Assembly (NCBI RefSeq): GCF_001598795.1
Contig: NZ_BCZP01000009.1
Coordinates: forward strand, 30,001 to 62,000
Source: Delftia acidovorans NBRC 14950
Lineage (GTDB): Bacteria > Pseudomonadota > Gammaproteobacteria > Burkholderiales > Burkholderiaceae_C
Direction of reading: 5' to 3'
Length of the DNA: 32,000 nt
Below, piece by piece: positions 26,050 to 32,000 of the stretch (the first letter of the stretch is position 1; every line of letters starts with the position of its first letter). A program made the translations under genes and the position numbers. Under the pieces are notes generated by a model. That model ran no database searches, was not told where the DNA came from, and saw only the letters and a program-made list of their open reading frames with translations.

Positions 26050-26574
26050 ATGTCCTTCAGTCATTCCGACGACGACAGCCAACAACGTTTTGCCCTGGGT
26101 TTCCTGTTCGCGCTGATTGCGCTCGTCGTCTCCACGGTCGTTGGCGTAGTCGTCTACCAGCGCGGCATTGCGCATGGCCCGGCGAAGATGGCAGGCGGCG
26201 CTTCCCCTGTGGCAGCAATGGTGCCCGTGGTCTTGGAGCAAGATGTGGCCCGCGTCGTTGTCGAAAACGGCGTGGTCAAGTTCTACTTCGCATCGGCCAA
26301 GGCCGAGCTGGCCGTGGGCGCCAATGAAGCGCTGGCCGACGTGGTCGCCGGTGTAAAGGGCGGCAAGCGCGCCGTGATCTCGGGCTACCACGACGCCACG
26401 GGCAGCGCCGAACTCAACGCCGAACTGGCCAAGAAGCGCGCCCTGGCAGTCCAGGCCGCCCTGTCCGCTCTGGGCGTGGCTGAGGAAAAGGTCGAGCTGA
26501 AGAAGCCCGAGCAGCTGCAGGCTGACGGCAGCAACGCCGAAGCCCGCCGCGTGGAAGTGATCCTGGTGGACTGA
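26050..26574 (+). CDS. OmpA-family (OmpA/MotB C-terminal domain) membrane-anchored protein
   Basis: From ATG 26050: one TM helix (FALGFLFALIALVVSTVVGVVVY), then an OmpA-like domain (VKFYFASAKAEL ... ISGYHDATGSAELNAELAKKRALAV ... ARRVEVILV). Confidence 0.8.
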   Translation: MSFSHSDDDSQQRFALGFLFALIALVVSTVVGVVVYQRGIAHGPAKMAGGASPVAAMVPVVLEQDVARVVVENGVVKFYFASAKAELAVGANEALADVVAGVKGGKRAVISGYHDATGSAELNAELAKKRALAVQAALSALGVAEEKVELKKPEQLQADGSNAEARRVEVILVD

Positions 26575-26611
26575 GCCTCAGCCTTGCCGCTGTAAACGGC
26601 CAAAAAGAAAA

Positions 26612-26648
26612 GGCCCGGAGCGTCAATCGCTCCGGGCCTTTTCTTTTG
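26612..26648. terminator. Rho-independent terminator, potentially bidirectional
   Basis: An 11-bp perfect stem GGCCCGGAGCG-TCAAT-CGCTCCGGGCC is followed by TTTTCTTTTG and preceded by AAAAAGAAAA. Confidence 0.85.
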
Positions 26649-26935
26649 ATGGCTGCGTGGATCAGGAATTGCGCAGCGGGTCGAACTTCGCGTCGCCGTC
26701 AGGCTGGGTCCCGGCATGGGCTCGCGAATTCTCTTGTATGAGTTCGATCTTGTAGCGAACCCCAAAAATCGGCAAGTAAAGATAAATCCTTATGAATCAA
26801 TGACTTGCATTTACGTTCGGCACCGTCAACCGCCTCAAATGTGTTGAAAACAGGCTCCAGCCGCCACAAAATGGCGGCCGAGACTCACCCCGACCACATC
26901 GGAGATTGAGCTGATCGAACCACTGGAGAGCAGAA

Positions 26936-28147
26936 ATGGCGAAGCCGAGACAGAAAGCATCTGGCAAATGGGAAATTGGGTTGAGACATCCGTCGCTGCC
27001 TGGAGGCCGCAAGTACTTCACCTTCGATACCGAAGGGGAGGCCATCAAGTACAGCCAGCAGTGGAAACTGATGAAAGACTCAGGTCTGGCCCTGCCGAGG
27101 GAGCTGCTCGATGGTGACAATGGCTTCGGCAACATCCGCTTGACCCGCGTGCTCGGCGAGTGGGAGCAAAGTGGATACGCCGCCCCATCTCAATTGATTA
27201 CGCTCTCGACCCTGAATCGGGAGGTTGGCACTATCAAGCTCACAGATGCTTCTTATAAATGGTTGCAAGGATATATACAGTGGCTGAAGGTGTCCAAGCA
27301 ATTAACTCCTCAGTCAATAAGGCACCGAGTCCAAGCGCTCGGTCGTGCGATAGATGAGTATTTGCGAAACCATCCGACACTGGTAATGCAGAACCCGGCT
27401 CGGCTATTGCCGAAAGGTTATTCGGCGTACAGCGATATCGATACCAAATTGGCACAAGCTGATGGCGGCGAGGCAAAGACCAATGTTCAGCGGGATAGAC
27501 GCCTGAGACCAGGCGAAGAAGAAAAAATCATCATGGTGCTTTCTGGCTACGAAAGACCAGATAGGACCCGTGGACTTCAGCTTGCGGGTGGCAATGCTCT
27601 GCTTACGCTGTTCAAGCTCATCCTGGGTACAGGTCTGCGTTTGAAAGAGGCTGCCACGCTCAAGCGCTCTCAGGTGGACATGGAGTCCAAGGTTATACGC
27701 GCCCAGAATTCAAAGCAGTGGCGCGGAAAGGTGAGCTTTCGGGATGTTCCTATGGCTCCCTCAGTGCATGCGGCACTACAGGAGTACCTGAGCACGCGCG
27801 CAATGCTGCCAAGCGCATGGCTTTTCCCATTTATGGAAGAGGAAGATGCGAACGGATACCGGATCGTCGGCAAGAGGCTTTCGTTCCGGTTCCGCATTGC
27901 ATTCAATTACATGGAAATTCATGATCTCCATGAGCATGATTTGAGGCACGAAGCCACTTGCCGGTGGCTTGAGATGAGAGACGCAAGCGGAAACTGGATT
28001 TTCCGCCTGGAAGAAGTAAATCGAATCATGGGCTGGGCGCCCGGATCCGCGATGGCACATCGATATGCCAGCTTCCGAGCGGAAGACATGGCCGCTAAGC
28101 TGTGGAGAGTTTCGGCAGGGCCGGGGGCGGCTGCCGGCGGGGCTTGA
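26936..28147 (+). CDS. int: Phage-type tyrosine integrase
   Basis: 403 aa with GGAGAG 5 nt upstream of the ATG. Catalytic landmarks: GTGLRLKEAATL (Arg), HDLRHEA (H-x-x-R), GWAPGSAMAHRYAS (Tyr). G+C is markedly low (row 27241-27300 is 25/60). Confidence 0.9.
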   Translation: MAKPRQKASGKWEIGLRHPSLPGGRKYFTFDTEGEAIKYSQQWKLMKDSGLALPRELLDGDNGFGNIRLTRVLGEWEQSGYAAPSQLITLSTLNREVGTIKLTDASYKWLQGYIQWLKVSKQLTPQSIRHRVQALGRAIDEYLRNHPTLVMQNPARLLPKGYSAYSDIDTKLAQADGGEAKTNVQRDRRLRPGEEEKIIMVLSGYERPDRTRGLQLAGGNALLTLFKLILGTGLRLKEAATLKRSQVDMESKVIRAQNSKQWRGKVSFRDVPMAPSVHAALQEYLSTRAMLPSAWLFPFMEEEDANGYRIVGKRLSFRFRIAFNYMEIHDLHEHDLRHEATCRWLEMRDASGNWIFRLEEVNRIMGWAPGSAMAHRYASFRAEDMAAKLWRVSAGPGAAAGGA

Positions 28148-28382
28148 TCGGGCGGACGTTGGGGGCGGACTGAGGCCCGCCGCCGCGGTCAGCTCGGCGT
28201 TGCTCAGCCTCTTGCCGGCCGCGCTCGGCAAGGTAGGCTAGCAGGTCGGCGCGCACGAAGACCCAGCCACGCCCGAACTTCAGGCCGGGCAGCTCCCCTT
28301 TGCGCGACAGTTCCTCGACGGTGTCCTCCGTGCAGCCGAGCAGCTCGGCGCACTGTTCTGCGGTGATGGTGTCGGTCGTCAT
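28095..28382 (-). CDS. xis: Excisionase/AlpA-like helix-turn-helix DNA-binding protein
   Basis: ITAEQCAELLGCTEDTVEELSRKGELPGLKFGRGWVFVRADLLAYL matches the HTH_17/excisionase pattern. The Pro/Arg-rich tail overlaps the convergent integrase 3' end by 53 nt. Confidence 0.75.
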   Translation of the reverse strand: MTTDTITAEQCAELLGCTEDTVEELSRKGELPGLKFGRGWVFVRADLLAYLAERGRQEAEQRRADRGGGPQSAPNVRPIKPRRQPPPALPKLSTA

Positions 28383-28388
28383 GGTCGT

Positions 28389-28493
28389 TCAAATATGAAA
28401 AAGGCCAGCGGGTGCTGGCCAGGTGATCGGTTCGTCGTCGCGGTGTGGCGCGCGCTTGTCGCGCCAGTGCTCGGGCTTCTTGCTTGCCATCAT
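28389..28493 (-). CDS. Hypothetical 34-aa protein
   Basis: Its ATG overlaps the upstream stop (ATGA at 28490-28493) and its stop lies 6 nt before the xis start. Third-position G+C is moderate. Support comes only from operon packing. Confidence 0.35.
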   Translation of the reverse strand: MMASKKPEHWRDKRAPHRDDEPITWPAPAGLFHI

Positions 28494-28957
28494 CGTGGTG
28501 CTCCTCTCCAGATGAAATCGCCCTTGTCCTCGCGCATGGCCGGCTCGCTGTCCTGGCACGGGCATTCGAAGCCGCTGAGGCGGTCGGCCACCGGACGCCA
28601 GAAGTTGCGCACGCGTCCGCTGGGGACATGGTTGTCCTCCTTGGCGTCTGCCAGGTCGAACTGGCCCAGGGCCCACATGGCGTCGGCGCTGCTGCAGCGG
28701 CTGCCCATGGCGCTGATGCTCAGGTGGTACTCGGGGCCCGCGTCGAACTCTCCCGGCTCGGGGTCGGGCTTCTCGACGGCCGAGATGACCAGGAGGCCGT
28801 TCGCCTGGTGGGCCCAGGCCTGCCACGGGTAGCCCATGGAATCCAGTTCGCGGGCCATGGCCAAGATGTGATCGGCGCGGGCCCAGCCGGATCCGGCCGT
28901 CGGCGCCTTCGGCTGGATCGCGCTGACGCCGGCCAGGGGTGTTGGTGCTGTGGTCAC
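28490..28957 (-). CDS. Hypothetical phage protein (about 155 aa)
   Basis: GTG at 28957 overlaps the HNH stop (GTGA), with AAAGGA upstream. The frame reads like a protein (EYHLSISAMGSR ... EDNHVPSGRVRNFWRPV ... CPC). I recognise no family. Confidence 0.6.
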   Translation of the reverse strand: MTTAPTPLAGVSAIQPKAPTAGSGWARADHILAMARELDSMGYPWQAWAHQANGLLVISAVEKPDPEPGEFDAGPEYHLSISAMGSRCSSADAMWALGQFDLADAKEDNHVPSGRVRNFWRPVADRLSGFECPCQDSEPAMREDKGDFIWRGAPR

Positions 28958-29388
28958 GGGGTCTGTCCTTTCTCGAACAGATCGCCCACAGCGAGCCGCG
29001 CGCGCCGGGTGGCCCGGGCATTGGCCGCTCGCATGGGGGCATCGAGCTTGTTGTGGCAGCGCTGGCACAGCGCCTCAAGGTTGTCATCTGCGCAGTTCGC
29101 AGGGTTCGGGTCGTGGGTGTGTGCGATGGTCAGCACCACGTCCACCATCCTGGCCACTTCGTAGTTGCACATGTGCGTCTGGCCGAGGTGCTCGCCCGTT
29201 TCTGAGCAATACACATCGGCGCTGTCCAGCATGTAGGTTCCCTCGTCGGTTCCTGCGCCGCGCGCGATGCGGGTGCGGTTCGGCGCCTTGCAGCGCTCGC
29301 AACGATCACCCGCCCGAGCAAGGATGCGCGCACGGATCTCCGGCCAGTTGGCAGGGTAGAGGGCGCGCATTTCAGGCCGGATCGGCAT
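28954..29388 (-). CDS. HNH endonuclease
   Basis: From ATG 29388 (AAGGA upstream): YPANWPEIRARILARAGDRCERC ... TIAHTHD ... DDNLEALCQRCHNKLD, i.e. Cys pairs flanking the His-Asn-His core. Confidence 0.8.
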   Translation of the reverse strand: MPIRPEMRALYPANWPEIRARILARAGDRCERCKAPNRTRIARGAGTDEGTYMLDSADVYCSETGEHLGQTHMCNYEVARMVDVVLTIAHTHDPNPANCADDNLEALCQRCHNKLDAPMRAANARATRRARLAVGDLFEKGQTP

Positions 29389-30067
29389 GCTGTGGTCCTT
29401 TCTGCTGCGCCTGGGCGCGCTCGAACTCCACGACCCAGACCCAGGGGTTTGACTCCCACGATCCATCGCCGTTGATGGTCCACCAAAGGTGCTCGAAGTT
29501 CTCCCGCGCGAACCTGCCGCCGGGGAGATTCAGGCTATGCGGGACGCCTTCGGCCAGTGCGTCGGCCTCGCTGATGTCCTGCAGGCGCTCCACGCGCACG
29601 CCGGTGATCCGCAGCGTGATGCGGCTGGCCCAGCGTGGCATGTGGATGCCTGGGCGCAGCTTTCCCGGTTTGGTCTTCTCTGGTGGCGTGTCAAACCCGC
29701 GCCATTCACCGGTTCGCGAGCCGTCGGCTTCGAACTGGGTCGGCGCCCACGGAGTTCTATAGCCGGCGTCCAGGGCCCTATCGCCGCACACGGATGGCGA
29801 AAGGTGACCCAAACTTCCGGGGAAGCGGAAGGCCTCGCGCACCCACAGCCTGTCGCCGGGCTGGCCGTAGGGGCAGCACGCGGCGGCCTCCGCAGCCTGG
29901 TCGGGCAGCAGGTAGGTCGCGGCATGGCTGCCGGCATGGCGCGGCGCCAGGATCGAATCGATGCCCAGCGTGCTTTCCACCTTGGCGGCCCGGCGCGTTT
30001 GGGTTTTCGTGCCCGCCAGAAGGGCTCGGACCATCGGCGCCGAAAACAGGATCGGTCGTTCTTTCAT
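29372..30067 (-). CDS. ASCH-like domain phage protein
   Basis: The N-terminus MKERPILFSAPMVRALLAGTKTQTRR and the later GDRLWVREAF and RITLRITGVRVERLQDISEADALAEG resemble phage ASCH-type proteins (from memory). The gene overlaps the HNH gene by 17 nt. Confidence 0.55.
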   Translation of the reverse strand: MKERPILFSAPMVRALLAGTKTQTRRAAKVESTLGIDSILAPRHAGSHAATYLLPDQAAEAAACCPYGQPGDRLWVREAFRFPGSLGHLSPSVCGDRALDAGYRTPWAPTQFEADGSRTGEWRGFDTPPEKTKPGKLRPGIHMPRWASRITLRITGVRVERLQDISEADALAEGVPHSLNLPGGRFARENFEHLWWTINGDGSWESNPWVWVVEFERAQAQQKGPQHADPA

Positions 30068-30477
30068 GTGCTCTCCTTGTGCCCAGTGGGGCGCTGGAAC
30101 AGAGACAGGGCATGGGCCTCGGCGCGCACTGCAGCGGCGGCCTCGGCGCCGTAGCCCCAGATGTCGCCGTTCTTGGGGTCCATCCGGCTCGGCGCGATGT
30201 ATTCCGGGTGCAGCAGCTCGCCGCGCAGGATGTAGTGGTGCAGGGCCTCGACAAGGTTCTGCAAGGTGCCCCCGTGGGTGAAACCGCGCCAGCGGCCCCG
30301 GTACGCCACATAGACCCGCGCGCCCCGGTACTCATCGATCAGCCAGACGCGGCCCCGGGCATCCAGTTCCAGACGCGCGATGGCGCCGGATTCGCGGTTG
30401 TGGAAGAAGCGGCGGCCGTGCCGGCTGATGATCTCTATCAGGGCATTGGCATGCCCCAGGCGTTCGGCTTTACTCAT
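30064..30477 (-). CDS. Hypothetical phage protein (137 aa)
   Basis: ATGA overlap with the next gene at 30064-30067, high third-position G+C and a non-repetitive sequence. No family recognised. Confidence 0.6.
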   Translation of the reverse strand: MSKAERLGHANALIEIISRHGRRFFHNRESGAIARLELDARGRVWLIDEYRGARVYVAYRGRWRGFTHGGTLQNLVEALHHYILRGELLHPEYIAPSRMDPKNGDIWGYGAEAAAAVRAEAHALSLFQRPTGHKEST

Positions 30478-30793
30478 CGCTCGCCCCCTTGGCTGCTGCC
30501 TGGGCTGCGCGACCCGCGTAGTAGCAGAGAGCTGTTGTCACCGGGAACGCGCCAGGGCCTGGTCCGCTCGCAGGTTCGTGCCAGTTGCTCCAGCCGCCAC
30601 GGCGCGGCACGCAGCGCATGTAGCCATGCACCGGCGCCCCGATTTCATCGCCGTCCTCGCCGTCGCTGGCTCGCACCCACTCGTCGCGGACTGCCTGCGC
30701 TCGGAAGGCTGCCAGTTCATGGTGCCCGCGCGACTTCAGGAAGGCCTCGTCGTCGTTGTAGAGCTTTTTGATTTCCAGCGGATGTTTGCTCAT
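30470..30793 (-). CDS. Hypothetical phage protein (107 aa)
   Basis: ATGA overlap with the upstream gene at 30790-30793 and an 8-nt overlap with the downstream gene. No family recognised. Confidence 0.6.
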   Translation of the reverse strand: MSKHPLEIKKLYNDDEAFLKSRGHHELAAFRAQAVRDEWVRASDGEDGDEIGAPVHGYMRCVPRRGGWSNWHEPASGPGPGAFPVTTALCYYAGRAAQAAAKGASDE

Positions 30794-32000
30794 TGGTCAC
30801 CGCCTTCCTTGGCCTGGGCTGCGGCCACCGTGTCGAGGTCCAGTGCGGACTGGTTCAGCACATGGAACTGCGTGCACTCCAAGTAGCCAGCCTGGGCCGC
30901 GCGCAGCAGCAGGGCATAGTCCACATCTGTCTCGTTGCAGTCTGCGAACTCTTCCACCGCACGCTTGATCTCCAGCAGCTCGGCGTGGGTGAACGCATCC
31001 ACTGCAGGCGCAGCAGGTGCTGCCATGCCCAGCAGCATGGTCCACGCGCGCTCGTAGTCATCCCAGGATTCCTGGTTGTATTTGCCGGCCGATGCACGGC
31101 TGGAGCCGAGGCAGGTCTGCCGGTCCTTCAGGAATTGGGCGAGGCGCTGGGCCTCGGCGGGCGCAGCAGGTGCCTGGGGCGCTGCTGCCAGCGCGGCATG
31201 CCAGGCCTGTTTCGCCATCAGCTTGGACCGGCCATCGCCAGCGCGCTCCCACCACGCATCGAATCCAGGCGGGGCTGCAGGCGCTTCCAGGGCGGGCGCT
31301 GCGTCCAGCAGTCGGCGCAGAGCCCATTTGCCCTTGGCGCCAGGCAGCATGGCAGAGCCGGGTTGGTCGTCGGGCAGCTCGTCCAGCAGGTCCAGGGCCG
31401 CGTCCAGCTTCTCGAAGTCGGCGCGCTGCACCTGAATGAAGCTTGCGCCCTCGTCGCTGCTGTCATCGGCGGCATGGGACGCAGCCACGGCCACGGCGCA
31501 GAGGGCTTCGAGTGCCTGGCGCTCCACCAGGGCCAGGGCCGGCCCAGCCACAGCTGCAGGCTGCTCGGCGCGGGTCCAGACCACTGCAGCGTTCAGCTCC
31601 TCGCCCTGGCCGATCCAGCGCCCGTCCAGCACACGCTCGCGGCTCACGGTCGGCGGCACGGCAATCGCACAGCGGCGGCCATCCTTCTCGATGTACTGGG
31701 CACCATAGACCGGCAAGGCTTGGTCCATCGTCAGCAGGTTGTTCACCAGGTCGGCCACGGTGCGCGTGGGGCAGATCCACTGGCGCTCGCCCTGGGGCGC
31801 AACAGCGGCAGGAGCTGCCCCGGCGAGCTCGATGTGCGCGACGAACTGGTCGTGCAGGCGCGGCAGCTCACACCACGCGACGACGTTGCCGCTAACGCCC
31901 CAATGCTGCTCCTCGTGCTGGTTCATCTCGTACCAGCCAGCGGGGCAGAAGTATTCGTCTTTCTCCTCGCTGTATTCGCCCCATTCGGGATCGGCGTCAT
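30790..32000 (-). CDS. Hypothetical modular phage protein with Ala-Pro linkers; probably extends past the window end (first in-window ATG at 31926)
   Basis: The same frame stays open from 31926 to the window edge, with G+C-rich third positions (DADPEWGEYSEEKDEYFCPAGWYE-MNQH...). The segment NVVAWCELP resembles the DUF551 C-terminal motif (tentative). Confidence 0.6.
   Translation of the reverse strand, partial: DADPEWGEYSEEKDEYFCPAGWYEMNQHEEQHWGVSGNVVAWCELPRLHDQFVAHIELAGAAPAAVAPQGERQWICPTRTVADLVNNLLTMDQALPVYGAQYIEKDGRRCAIAVPPTVSRERVLDGRWIGQGEELNAAVVWTRAEQPAAVAGPALALVERQALEALCAVAVAASHAADDSSDEGASFIQVQRADFEKLDAALDLLDELPDDQPGSAMLPGAKGKWALRRLLDAAPALEAPAAPPGFDAWWERAGDGRSKLMAKQAWHAALAAAPQAPAAPAEAQRLAQFLKDRQTCLGSSRASAGKYNQESWDDYERAWTMLLGMAAPAAPAVDAFTHAELLEIKRAVEEFADCNETDVDYALLLRAAQAGYLECTQFHVLNQSALDLDTVAAAQAKEGGDQ

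Larger units (their letters stand above)
26732..32000. mobile_element. Left end of a prophage or integrative element (continues beyond the window)
   Basis: G+C drops abruptly from about 26730. The element contains a tyrosine integrase, an excisionase-like HTH, an HNH endonuclease, an ASCH-like protein and small overlapping genes of unknown function, all in one orientation. The exact left boundary is uncertain by about 100 bp. Confidence 0.75.

Noticed and set aside
28204-29087. Alternative minus-strand ORFs of 232 aa (28389-29087) and 141 aa (28204-28629) overlapping the prophage genes.
   Set aside because: They are Arg/Pro/Gly-rich out-of-frame readings. The chosen frames give a chain of start/stop overlaps with RBS-like sequences and protein-like composition. 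Only the last 34 codons of the 232-aa frame are kept, as a low-confidence small gene.
31923-32000. A 25-codon ORF starting at the ATG formed by the last three bases of the window and ending in an ATGA overlap with the ATG at 31926.
   Set aside because: It uses several codons that are rare for this G+C content (AGA, AGG, AAT, ACT, TCT) and has lower third-position G+C (15/25). The alternative frame is continuous with the downstream gene (18/24). It cannot be fully excluded without the upstream sequence.
1-32000. CRISPR arrays, rRNA genes, IS elements and other long repeats.
   Set aside because: No regularly spaced direct repeats, no transposase-like ORFs and no terminal inverted repeats were seen. 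The only tandem repeats are the 17-bp duplication (1281-1314) and the GACCAC hexamer tract (15967-15990).

Overview
This is a high-G+C chromosomal segment; one row I counted, 3001-3060, is 44/60 G+C. The gene content looks betaproteobacterial (Burkholderiales/Comamonadaceae-like), but that is inference only. About 26.6 kb is ordinary core genome, and the left end of a prophage or integrative element starts near 26.73 kb.

Core genes in order:
- partial prpE-like acyl-CoA synthetase
- phosphomannomutase/phosphoglucomutase
- waaA
- an OmpR-type two-component pair
- a long minus-strand array: TetR, RND adaptor, RND pump, Pcm-like methyltransferase, rhodanese, TolC
- msrA
- a metal-uptake cluster: atypical Fur-family regulator, small His-rich periplasmic protein, small membrane protein, and a TonB-dependent receptor with a 40-aa His/Asp/Cys loop
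- a lone tyrosine recombinase
- pirin
- a 5'-truncated LysR gene
- an AEC transporter
- pdxH
- a MocA-like nucleotidyltransferase
- sodC
- chaC
- an OmpA-family protein

From about 26.73 kb to the window end:
- A low-G+C tyrosine integrase lies on the plus strand.
- It converges on a tightly coupled minus-strand early operon: excisionase-like HTH, HNH endonuclease, ASCH-like protein and five proteins I cannot assign.

I found no CRISPR array, rRNA, convincing tRNA or IS element, and no recognisable defence system. The most interesting material is the unassigned prophage operon, the tRNA-less integration junction and the metal cluster with its degenerate Fur-like regulator. All homology calls are by-eye motif recognition; no searches were run.
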